DNA of 64,000 bases from Macrostomum lignano (taxonomy: Eukaryota), in assembly GCA_002269645.1 (NCBI GenBank), contig NIVC01001356.1, forward strand, positions 186,001-250,000. The letters run 5' to 3'. This document shows positions 29,250-42,000 of this stretch, piece by piece. The translations under genes and the position numbers were made by a program. Under the pieces are notes generated by a model that saw nothing but the letters and a program-made list of their open reading frames with translations, was not told where the DNA came from and searched no databases. The stretch's first letter is position 1; every line of letters begins with the position of its first letter.

Positions 29250-30045
29250 TTTTGGGGGTATTTCATTTAGCTGGCGATGGGTAATTCCATCTTGGGGTAT
29301 TTTGGGGGTATTTCATTTAGCTGGCGATGGGTAATTTCATCTTGGGGTATTTTGGGGGTATTTCATTTAGCTGGCGATGGGTAATTCCATCTTGGGGTAT
29401 TTTGGGGGTATTTCATTTAGCTGGCGATGGGTAATTTCATCTTGGGGTATTTTGGGGGTATTTCATTTAGCTTGCGATGGGTAATTCCATCTTGGGGTAT
29501 TTTGGGGGTATTTCATTTAGCTGGCGATGGGTAATTCCATCTTGGGGTATTTTGGGAGTATTTCATTTAGCTGGCGATGGGTAATTCCATCTTGGGGTAT
29601 TTTGGGGGTATTTCATTTAGCTGGCGATGGGTAATTCCATCTTGGGGTATTTTGGGGGTATTTCATTTAGCTGGCGATGGGTAATTCCATCTTGGGGTAT
29701 TTTGGGGGTATTTCATTTAGCTGGCGATGGGTAATTTCATCTTGGGGTATTTTGGGGGTATTTCATTTAGCTGGCGATGGGTAATTTCATCTTGGGGTAT
29801 TTTGGGGGTAGTTCATTTAGCTGCTGGCGATGGGTAATTTCATCTTGGGGTATTTTGGGGGTAGTTCATTTAGCTGCTGGCGATGGGTAATTTCATCTTA
29901 AGGTATTTTGGGGGTATTTCATTTAGCTGCTGGCGATGGGTAATTTCATCTTGGGGTATTTTGGGGGTATTTCATTTAGCTGCTGGCGATGGATAATTTC
30001 ATCTTGGGGTATTTTGGGGGTATTTCATCTTGGGGTATTTTGGGG
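29250..30045. repeat. 50-bp minisatellite GTAATTCCATCTTGGGGTATTTTGGGGGTATTTCATTTAGCTGGCGATGG
   Basis: Period 50 (29281, 29331, ...); later units are 53 bp. Confidence 0.95.
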
Positions 30046-30357
30046 ATATTTCATTTTGGAGTTAATTTCATTTGAGAGCTGGCGCTGCATCAGCCATATG
30101 CCACTGCGCGTAAACCTTCATGTAGATATTTGCATAAAGCACCTCTATCAGCAGCATGCGGTGGAAGCAGCAAAGTTTATATCTAAAATTGTCAGCCATT
30201 ATTCTCTCTACAATTTATATATTTATTAATCTCAATTGTGTATGAATTTTTATACATAATTGATCCATGCAATAATAAATGTACAGTGCAGAGAATGCGC
30301 TCTCTCGCGAAAAAACTCGATTTGCAGTTGCAGTGCATATCAATCTACCATGTAAAC

Positions 30358-30659
30358 CAGGGGCGTCGCCATGAATTTTATGGTGGGGAGGGGCGGACAA
30401 AGCCAAGAATTCAACATTATGTACATGACTAACTTTTGGCACTCATTTTGGCGTTGCAGGCACTCATTTTGGCACCGCAGGCACTTATTTTAGCGCCACA
30501 GTCATTCATTTTAGCGCTGCATGCACTCATTTTGGCGCCGAAGGCGCTATATTTTGGCGCCCTGAAGAGATACTATTGATTACCACAACGACTCACAACG
30601 TGGGTGGGGGGACAAAGCATTGGCATGTCCCCCCTGTCCCCCCGGTGGCGACGCGCCTG
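30358..30659. mobile_element. MITE, probably hAT-type
   Basis: 14-bp TIR CAGGGGCGTCGCCA / TGGCGACGCGCCTG (1 mismatch), G- and C-rich subterminal tracts, internal ~21-bp repeats GCACTCATTTTGGCGCC; flanks ATGTAAAC / TATGTAAC form only an imperfect 8-bp TSD. Confidence 0.6.
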
Positions 30660-32635
30660 TATGTAACGCAAGCTAGGACGCCCATGTACGGATGGGCGTT
30701 ATTCCTAGTAGCTGTAAATTCAAATTTACGATGTTAAATAAATAAGAAATCACAGACTTATCTCTAGCTCTTTGAAATCAAATGCTTTTCTAAGGACCAC
30801 TCTATATAACTGTTTTATACCGTGATCGTTGTGCTTTACTCGACATGGTTAGTTTGTGAGCAATTGTTATATTAACTTATCTTTATACTTAAAAGAACTT
30901 TTGATAACACGTAAATATAAAAGGTAAAAATTATTTTTTAACAATTTCTACAAACATTTGTTTAAACCTTTAAAAGACAAACTAGTCGAATTTAACTCAA
31001 ATTTTTTTGTAAGAAATAGAAAAGGAAATCCGAAGTAAGTTGAACTGGGTATCGTCGTCTGCATGTGCGTGTTGTTGAATGTTGACTCGAAAGTTGGTTT
31101 TTGCATTCTTTAGATGGTTTGAAAGTCAAGACAAGGTGACTATGTTTTGTTTATAGTCGCAGTTTAATTTTTACGGGAAATGCTACTGATAATTTCAATA
31201 TGTTGCTTAGCTTAGTTTTTGAATTTTATTTTATCGGCTTGGCTGGCTTGCGACTGTCAGGAATTTTAAATTTGCAGCCTGATACGGACTACTTACGTGT
31301 TATAACTTATAATGCCACTGTCAGTCATTGCTATCATTAAGTATGTCTTTCATATCAAGTAGTTATATTTTCAACATAGCTTAGATAGACTAATTGAATT
31401 AATAGTAATAGGTCTAATATTTTTGCAGGCTTGCACTTCCACTTGCAGCTTGCTTATAATTATAATTATAAAATTATACTTTATGCTGCAGTAGCAGTAG
31501 GTAGGCTTAGTGAACTCACTATTGTCATTGATTGTCAGGTCAAATTTTGTGCAGTTAATGTTTTTAATAAACTTGTCATGATTTTTAAAAATTTTCTATT
31601 GATATCTTTGACTTGTCTTTAACTCTATTGCCAGTGTTGGAATAAATATGTAGCCATAGCAGATGCCTATATTTTTGCACCTTACTAAGAATCTTGGTAT
31701 ACAATATTTAGGTCCAATATTACCAAACACAATTATTATAGTTTTATACAAAAATGGCCAAGTTTGGGTTTGGCTATAGTATATAATATAATATAGCTAA
31801 CTTTTGATCAAAAAAGCTCTTTTATCAAAATAAAAACTAAGCTGAAATAGTAAGCACCTTACAAAGAAAGTGTACTTATAAAACTAAAATAGCTTTTGCT
31901 TCTATGTAAAAAGTTATATAAGCAAGTTTTTTGGCAAAATTTAATTTTATAATTATAGCAGCCTAAGCCTTAAAAAAATTTTTTTGATCTAGATTATAGA
32001 TTATTAGATTTTAAACATTTATTCCATTTGACTAGGCCTATAATAAAATTTTAACTTTACTTTTAATTGAATTCTATCACAAATAATTTATAATGCAACT
32101 TTGTCTTTCAAAACAACTTAATGAAGTATGGTATAGTATATCTAAGATCTAAAATTATAATATTCTTTCAATAACCATAAGAAATTTAAAATAATCATCA
32201 TATTATAAAGGATAGATATGTAGTATTATTAAACTATATTAAATAAATGATTCCCTAAGTCTAACACTTAAAAAGCTAAGCAAAAGAATGTATCATGTAA
32301 TTGACGAGATTGAATCTATAGAATTAAAGTACAAGTGTCATATGTAGCTTAAATTGTCAATTTAAATAACGGCTTATATTACTATGAACTAGGTTGTACT
32401 TATAGTAATAGTGATATTTAAGTCTAAGCTTTTTAATATTGCTTTGTTTAATAATTTTTTAAATCATACTAATTTTACCTTTTTGCATTATTCAATTTAC
32501 TATACAAATTTCAGTGCACATTATGCAATGACTTGAAGTTGTTTGCAACTTCAAAAATTCTTGTTTTTAAAAATACTATTGCTGTCACATACTTAAAGAT
32601 TACTGACTGAAAAAGCAACTTGATAGAAAAAACAC

Positions 32636-33036
32636 ATGGGCTGCTCTTATTCCAAGCAGTCTGTGGCAGGTGTTGAGAGAAACCAGCCTCAACAGGTGAA
32701 TCTGCAGCAAGCAGCCATTGCCAATGGAGCTAGCAGTGCATCTGCTCAGGCCACAGATCTCACCGATATTCAAGTTGAAGAACTATGGCCAAAATTCATC
32801 CAGGCCATAGACATAACTGCAGATCGAGCCAGGGACATGGCTGCTCTGGATAATGATAAAAAACGACAGGCTGTGCAAAACTGGCTGAAATCTGTTCAAC
32901 CTGGTCAGAACAGCCACACTGTGGGATATTATGTAACCCAGCTGCAGCGCTGCATCAGACACGGGTCTGCTGTTAGTGGAGAGAAAATCGATCTGATTCG
33001 CAGCTTGGAGAATAGTTTGAGAACTTATTCTGTTCA
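32636..33036 (+). CDS. FMNL exon 1 (acylation motif, start of GBD)
   Basis: MGCSYS...LIRSLENSLRTYSV; donor CA|GTGAGT. Confidence 0.88.
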
Positions 33037-36000
33037 GTGAGTACAACTGTTTTATGGCTTATCCGTTATAACTTGTTGATTCGTTTACTCTGCGTGTTTT
33101 TGGGTCTTTGTTCCGTGTAGTTGTGGGTCTTTGTTCCGTGTAGTTTGGGGTCTTTGTTCTGTGTAGTTTCGGGTCTTTGTTCCGTGTAGTTTGGGGTCTA
33201 TGTTCTGTGTAGTTTCGGGTTTTTTTCCGTGTAGTTTCGAGTCTTTTTTCGTTTAGTTTCGGGTCTTTTTTCGTTTAGTTTCGGGTCTTTGTTCCGTGTA
33301 GTTTCCGGTCTTTGTTCTGTTTAGTTTTCGGTCTTTGTTCTGTAGTTTGGTGTCTCTGTTTTGTAGTTTCGGGTCTTTAATCCATATAAGTTTCGGGTCT
33401 GCTGCGTAGTATGGGGTTCTTGTGTAAGCACATACGGCGATATATGAAGTAATAGCTGTAATACTTCGTGCATTTTTTGCGAACCAAACAAGTGGTTAGT
33501 TTGCACCTAAAACAAAAAATAATCTTAATTATATGCGCAGTGAAGACCGCCTCTTCTACTCAGCTTTTTCTGACAATTTAATTCTGTTTACAACAATTTT
33601 TTTTACTGAATCTCCTATTTTTTACGCGCTTGTAGACTTGAGTATGTTTTCTCGCAAAAAGATACCGTTGCTAAAAATAGCATCATGCTTATGATAGAAG
33701 GTTTGCTGTGGAATCAACCATTGCAATTTAAGTTTGAGAACTGTGAGAATTTTCAAATTCACAGTTCGGTGATATTTTTCAGAATCATGAGTGCCATTTG
33801 TCAGAATCATAAATGCCATTTGTCAGAATCATTAGTGCCATTTGTCAGAATCATGAGTGCCATTTGTCAGAATCATAAATGCCATTTGTCAGAATCATAA
33901 ATGCCATTTGTCAGAATCATAAATGCCATTTGTCAGAATCAAAAGTGCCATTTGTCAGAATCATAAATGCCATTTGTCAGAATCATAAATGCCATTTGTC
34001 AGAATCAAAAGTGCCATTTGTCAGAATCATAATTGCCATTTGTCAGAATCATAAATGCCATTTGTCAGAATCAAAAGTGCCATTTGTCAGAATCATAAAT
34101 GCCATTTGTCAGAATCATAAATGCCATTTGTCAGAATCATAAATGCCATTTGTCAGAATCATAAATGCCTTTTTTGTCAATACACAAGCACCCTAACATT
34201 AAAAACATTTCTCACAGGTGGCTGGAACAATTTATCGAAGAAGGCGGCCTCGACCTGTTAATCGAATACATGGGCCGATCTTTGGACGATTTGATCAGGT
34301 AAAGTTCAAGATGTACTTTTATTGTGTTCGAAAAAATCAAAATAACCCTTGTTGCCTCGTTGTAAAACAAGCTAATGCACTGAAGGTTGTATATTTATTT
34401 AGTGTATAAAATAACTCGATTTGTCACCCCCACCGATTGATATAGATGGTGGATTGGCAGAATAATGCTATCACAATCTGCACCATTGCTAAGTTCGTAA
34501 GTTATCAAATTTTAGATTATTAAATCTTGATTGCTGTGTAACCAACTAATAGATAGATCAATTGATATTTAATATAAATTATAACTGCATGTTCTGTGTG
34601 CCTCTTAACTTACAATAAAAACGGGTGCAGTATCGGAATGTGTACATGGGAATAATTCATATTCTTCTCGATCTACCGTCTCGATCTCTGTCTGCGGTCT
34701 GTCTGATCTCTATCTGCCGTTTGTCTGATCTCTATCTGCCGTTTGTCTGATCTCTATCTGCCGTTTGTCTGATCTCTATCTGCCGTTTGTTTGATCTCTA
34801 TCTGCCGTTTGTTTGATCTCTATCTGCCGTTTGTTTGATCTCTATCTGCCGTCTGTCTGATCTCTATCTGCCTTCTGTCTGATCTCTATCTGCCTTCTGT
34901 CTGATCTCTATCTGCCGTTTGTCTGATCTCTATCTGCCGTCTGTCTGATCTCTATCTGCCGCCTGTCTGATCTCTATCTGCCGCCTGTCTGATCTCTATC
35001 TGCCGTCTCTATCAAGTTGATAAAAATTGCAATATTTTCAGTGTTTTGTTTAACACGCATGCAGGCATGAATGGCTTGGCGTGCAAAGAGTTATGAATAC
35101 TAATATCTACTACCATTATCACAATAAAGATAGCGACTAATTTAAGCATTGCTTTCTGTATACAACATTTCATATTTTGCGGCGTTAGTTTTGTGCTGTT
35201 TCGGCTTGGCTTTGGACTGTTTTGATCTTGTTAAATGGATTAATATAAAAGTTGTATCCAGCTTCTATGGCGGCATCGCGGTTCCTTTTGATGTTGCTGA
35301 TGCACCATCATTTTTTAAAGATATCTCTGTCCTCAATTCATTTGTTGATTTCTGTTGTCTGTGTGCCTGTTTATCTATGCCATAGTTTTCTCAGCATTTT
35401 TCGCACTGCCTGTCGGATCTCTCTAATTACATTCTCTCTGATCTCTATCTGAAGTTTCTGTGATCTCTATCTACAGTCTCTGTGATCTCTATCTACAGTC
35501 TCTGTGATCTCTATCTACAGTCTCTGTGATCTCTATCTACAGTCTCTGTGATATCTATCTCACAGTCTCTGTGATCTCTATCTACAGTCTCTGTGATCTC
35601 TATCTACAGTCTCTGTGATCTCTATCTACAGTCTCTGTGATCTCTATCTACAGTCTCTGTGATCTCTATCTACAGTCTCTGTGATCTCTATCTACAGTGT
35701 CTGTGATCTCTATCTACAGTCTCTGTGATCTCTATCTACAGTCTCTGTGATCTCTATCTACAGTCTAAGTGATCTCTATCTACAGTCTCTGTGATCTCTA
35801 TCTACAGTCTCTGTGATCTCTATCTACAGTCTCCGTGATCTCTATCTACAGTCTCTGTGATCTCTATCTACAGTCTCTGTGATCTCTATCTACAGTCTCT
35901 GTGATCTCTATCTACAGTCTCTGTGATCTCTATCTACAGTGTCTGTGATCTCTATCTACAGTCTCTGTGATCTCTATCTACAGTCTCTGTGATCTCTATC

Positions 36001-39000
36001 TACAGTCTCTGTGATCTCTATCTGAAGTTTCTGTGATCTCTATCTACAGTCTCCGTGATATCTATCTCACAGTCTCTGTGATCTCTATCTACAGTCTCTG
36101 TGATCTCTATCTACAGTCTCTGTGATCTCTATCTACAGTGTCTGTGATCTCTATCTACAGTCTCTGTGATCTCTATCTACAGTCTCTGTGATCTCTATCT
36201 ACAGTCTCTGTGATCTCTATCTGAAGTTTCTGTGATCTCTATCTACAGTCTCCGTGATATCTATCTCACAGTCTCTGTGATCTCTATCTACAGTCTCTGT
36301 GATCTCTATCTACAGTCTCTGTGATCTCTATCTACAGTCTCTGTGATCTCTATCTACAGTCTCTGTGATATCTATCTCACAGTCTCTGTGATCTCTATCT
36401 ACAGTCTCTGTGATCTCTATCTACAGTGTCTGTGATCTCTATCTACAGTGTCTGTGATCTCTATCTACAGTCTCTGTGATCTCTATCTACAGTCTCTGTG
36501 ATCTCTATCTACAGTCTCTGTGATCTCTATCTACAGTCTCCGTGATCTCTATCTACAGTGTCTGTGATCTCTATCTACAGTGTCTGTGATCTCTATCTAC
36601 AGTCTCTGTGATCTCTATCTCACAGTCTCTGTGATCTCTATCTACAGTCTCTGTGATCTCTATCTACAGTCTCTGTGATCTCTATCTCACAGTCTCTGTG
36701 ATCTCTATCTCACAGTCTCTGTGATCTCTATCTACAGTCTCTGTGATCTCTATCTCACAGTCTCTGTGATCTCTATCTACAGTGTCTGTGATCTCTATCT
36801 ACAGTCTCTGTGATCTCTATCTACAGTGTCTGTAATCTCTATCTACAGTCTCTGTGATCTCTATCTACAGTGTCTGTGATCTCTATCTACAGTCTCCGTG
36901 ATCTCTATCTACAGTCTCTGTGATATCTATCTCACAGTCTCTGTGATCTCTATCTACAGTGTCTGTGATCTCTATCTACAGTCTCTGTGATCTCTATCTA
37001 CAGTCTCTGTGATCTCTATCTACAGTCTCTGTGATCTCTATCTACAGTCTCTGTGATCTCTATCTCACAGTCTCTGTGATCTCTATCTACAGTCTCTGTG
37101 ATCTCTATCTACAGTCTCTGTGATCTCTATCTACAGTCTCTGTGATCTCTATCTACAGTGTCTGTGATCTCTATCTACAGTGTCTGTGATCTCTATCTAC
37201 AGTCTCTGTGATCTCTATCTACAGTGTCTGTGATCTCTATCTACAGTCTCTGTGATCTCTATCTACAGTCTCTGTGATCTCTATCTACAGTCTCTGTGAT
37301 CTCTATCTACAGTCTCTGTGATCTCTATCTACAGTCTCTGTGATCTCTATCTACAGTCTCTGTGATCTCTATCTACAGTGTCTGTGATCTCTATCTACAG
37401 TGTCTGTGATCTCTATCTACAGTCTCTGTGATCTCTATCTACAGTCTCTGTGATCTCTATCTACAGTCTCTGTGATCTCTATCTACAGTGTCTGTGATCT
37501 CTATCTACAGTGTCTGTGATCTCTATCTACAGTCTCTGTGATCTCTATCTACAGTCTCTGTGATCTCTATCTACCTACAGTCTGTGATCGCTCTGAGTTC
37601 ACACAGTTTCGAAAAGCCATGTCTATTTCTTGTGTCAGTTTATTGTCATTTAAAAAACTTATTATTATAAGACAGCCCCGCAGCTAAAATAACACAAAAA
37701 ATAGGATCCTTGTTTTTATATGCTATTTTTCATAGCTGCCATGTAAGCGGTTTGCTGTGCTATAATATTCTGTGTTGTTTGCCATTATTCTGGCTGTCTG
37801 TCTGTCTGTGTTTTTTGCCACCTTATAGAATCCTGAGTCCTAATAGATCTGTTATTTAAAGTTCTAAATTTAGACTAGCATATTACGTATCTACTGTAGT
37901 AATGCCATGCTTGCTTTGCTTTAGAATGCGCAGATTCAGATATTTAATTTTAGTTAGTGGCGCAAGCGATAAAGAGAGTTCTGTGCCCGCGTGTGCAATG
38001 TAAGGTAAACAAAAATATTCAAGTTACACTGGCCCGCTTGGAAAGTAGAAGTTGCTTAGCATAAGAAAAATGTATGTATATTATATATAATTTAGGCGTT
38101 TACCTAGTTAGATACATCTGCCTTATTGTAACAGTGACTTTTGTGCAGCTTTGCATTGCAAGGTTTTGGGCTTGAGGTAGCGGGTGGTTTTCTGTTTGCT
38201 GCCAAAGTGTTTTTCTTATGCAGTTGCTAGGTTGTTCCTTTTTTCGTGATGTACAAGCAAGCGAACTTGCCTAAATTAGTTTATAGTTCAGTTTTTTAAA
38301 GAAGGTACATCTTGATATAAATTTAAAAAGTTCCTTTTTTAAGATTTGCATTGGAATGCAATTTTAACTGAGAGAAAGTCTTGACAGTGAGATTCTTAGA
38401 CTGACCCGAAACTGCAGGGTGAGATTCTTAGACTGACCTGAAAGTGCAGGGGTGAGATTCTTAGACTGACCTGAAAGTGCAGGGGTGAGATTCTTAGACT
38501 GACCTGAAACTGCAGGGGTGAGATTCTTAGACTGACCCGAAACTGCAGGGTGAGATTCTTAGACTGACCTGAAAGTGCAGGGGTGAGATTCTTAGACTGA
38601 CCTGAAAGTGCAGGGGTGAGATTCTTAGACTGACCCGAAACTGCAGGGGTGAGATTCTTAGACTGACCCGAAACTGCAGGGGTGAGATTCTTAGACTGAC
38701 CCGAAACTGCAGGGGTGAGATTCTTAGACTGACCCGAAACTGCAGGGGTTAGATTCTTAGATTGACCTGAAACTACAGGGGTGAGATTCTTGGACTGACC
38801 TGAAACTGCAGGGGTGAGATTCTTAGATTGACCCGAAACTACAGGGGTGAGATTCTTACATTGACCAGAAACTACAGGGGTGAGATTCTTAGATTGACCA
38901 GAAACTTCAGGGGTGAGATTCTTAGATTGACCCGAAACTACAGGGGTGAGATTCTTAGACTGACCCGAAACTACAGGGGTGAGATTGTTAGACTGACCCG

Positions 39001-42000
39001 AAACTACAGGGGTGAGATTCTTAGATTGACCCGAAACTACAGGGGTGAGATGTGCTTAACACTTACAAGACCCATCTAAAATCCCTGGGAATTTTTAACG
39101 CATTCTCTACCAGATCCGAGGACTCGCTGCCCCTATTGAACGGTTCCGCCGCGGCGGCTGCGGCAGCTCTGGGTGCCGCACCCGGCAACATGTCGGCCCT
39201 GTCGCCCTCTCTGCAGCGCTCCACCCTCGGTCCAAGCCAGCCTCAGCAGACTCCGCCAACGGCAAAGTCAAAATCCGGCAAATCTGGCAAACGGCACAAG
39301 GCCGCTGCAGTCGGCGAGACCAGCTTCGTTGTTAGCGGCGGCAGCGGCGCGCGCGCAGGTCGTCGACGTTCGTCCTCGGCGCTGCGCGTTGGCAAGAGTC
39401 AGTTCCATCGACTGCAGCTGGCCGGAGCTACTGTTGAACCGGACGAGTCGCTCTTGAACGATTTGCACAATGGCATCAAGTGCATGCGGGTGTTCTTTAA
39501 TAATCAGCGCGCTTGTCAGAGAACTTTTCAGGTGAGACCATGCCTTTCTCTAGTCTCACCCTGCCGGTCTCTAGTCTCACCCTGCCGGTCTCTAGTCTCA
39601 CCCTGCCGGTCTCTAGTCTCACCCTGCCGGTCTCTAGTCTCACCCTGCCGGTCTCTAGTCTCACCCTGCCGGTCTCTAGTCTCACCCTGCCGGTCTCTAG
39701 TCTCACCCTGCCGGTCTCTAGTCTCACCCTGTCTGTCTCTAGGCTCACCATGTCCTTTTCTAGTCTCACCTGTGTCTCTAGTCTAACCCTGTCTATTTCT
39801 AGTCTCACCCTGTGTCTCTAGTCTCAACCTGAAAATTCTCCCTTTCTGTCTGTTGTCTCACCCCGTCAGTCTCTAGTCTCAACCTGTCTGTCTGAAATTT
39901 CTCCTGTCTGTCTGTTGTCTCACCCTGTCTGTCTCTAGTCTCACCCTGTCTGTCTCTAGTCTAACCCTGTCTGTCTCTAGTCTAACCCTGTCTGTCTCTA
40001 GTCTCATCCTGTCTGTCTCTAGTCTCATCCTGTCTGTCTGTTTTCTCACCCCTTCTGTCTCTAGTCTCACTCCGTATGTTTCTGCTCATCCTGTCTGTAT
40101 CCACTTTCTCTCTCCCTGTCTCTACTCCCTCTTCCCTATCTCTCTACATGTCTAAAATACACGCTATATCTGTAGTCTCACCATGTGAGACTTGCCAACT
40201 TGCCATTCCCCCAAAACCTACCTACTTGCAGGACAAGACCGCCATAAACATAATTGCCCAATGCCTGTTGCATCCCCGTTTCGCCACGAAGACTCTGGTG
40301 CTGGAGCTGCTGGCAGCCCTGTGCATGCTAGACGGCATGCACCAGCAAGTTCTGGACGCTTTCGACTTCTTCAAAGAGCGAGTCGGCGAGAAACGCCGCT
40401 GGGAGACTTTGATGATGCACTTTAAGCAGCATGACAGCCTACCGGCTGAGCACTACTGCCTAGAGTTCATGATCAGCTGCGCCAGGTTCATCAATATTGT
40501 GCAGAATGTCAGCAATGAGCACATTGGACTTCGGGTCTTTTTACAATCGGAATTCTCCCAACTGGGTCTGGACAGCTTCCTGCACTCGTTGCGCGGTCAC
40601 TACGAGGATGCGAGATTAAATAGTCAGATTGAAGCGATATTTGAGAATAGCATCGATGTTGCCGGCTTGTATCAGGACTCGCTGGCTAAGCAGAGCGCCG
40701 TTACTAGGTGAGTTTAGCGACAATTAAGCGCCACATTGTCTAGACTTCAGCGCCAATTAAGCGCCACAATCTAGACTTTGGCGACAATCAAGCGCCACAA
40801 TCTAGACTTTGCGCCAATTAAGCGCCACAATCAAGACTTTAGCGCCAATTAAGCGCCACAATCTAGAATTTAGCGCCAATCAAGCCCCACAATTTAGACT
40901 TTGGCGACAATTAAGCATCACATTCTAGACTTTAGTGCCAATTAGGCGCCATAATCTAGACTTTGGCGACAATCAAGCGCCACAATCTAGACTTTGGCGA
41001 CAATCAAGCCCTACAATCTAGACTTTGGCGACAATCAAGCGCCACAATCTAGACTTTAGCGCCAATCAAGCGCCACAATATAGACTTTGGCGACAATCAA
41101 GCGCCACAATCTAGACTTTGGCGACAATCAAGCGCCACAATCTAGACTTTAGCGCCAATCAAGCGCCACAATCTAGACTAAAGCGCCAATTATAAGCAGT
41201 AGAATCTATGACAAAAATCACAGCAGTGATTTAACTAATTCCAATATCCCCTATTCCTCACCCCGCAGAGCCGCTGCCCTGGAGGAGCAACTCTACCAAA
41301 CTCAGTCCCGACTCCGTGAAGCCGAAGACACCGCCGCGGAACGCTTGGCGGAGCTGCGCGAACGCTTGACCAGCCGGGAGGCGGATTGCGCAACCCTTCG
41401 AGCTGATAAAGAGGCCGCACTCGAGGAGATGCAGAACAGCCTCAGTGCCGCGAGCAAGCACGCGGACGAGAAACAGCACCGACTGGCTCAGCGACTCGCA
41501 GATTTGGAGACGAAACTCCGCCAAGCCGAATCTGCCGTCGCCGCCGCGAAAGAGCGGGAGCAGAAACTGCTGCAACAATTGCAGCAGCAGCAGCAGCAGC
41601 AACCGACTGAGACGCCGGGAGTTCCCGCCGCTAAGATTCCCGGCGTTAATTCTCCGGCTCCCGCTGCTGCAGCGCCACCTCCTCCGCCTCCGCCTCCGCC
41701 GCCACCACCACCGCCGCCGCCACCGCCTGGAGGTCCGGGCGGTCCGCCGCCTCCGCCCCCTCCGCCGCCTCCGCCAGGCGTCCCAGGCGGAGCCGGGCGT
41801 TTAGCGGTGAAATCTCCGCTGGTGCCGAAGAATCGTTTGCCAATGTTGAATTGGACAGCAATACCTGCCAATGTGTGTCGGGGCACCGTGTTTATGGATA
41901 TGAATGACGATCAGGTTGGTTGCTTTAGTTGCTTTTGCACTTTTTATAGTGTAAAATATGTATATTGTAATCCTTTCATATCCAAACTAAGCTCCCTTCA

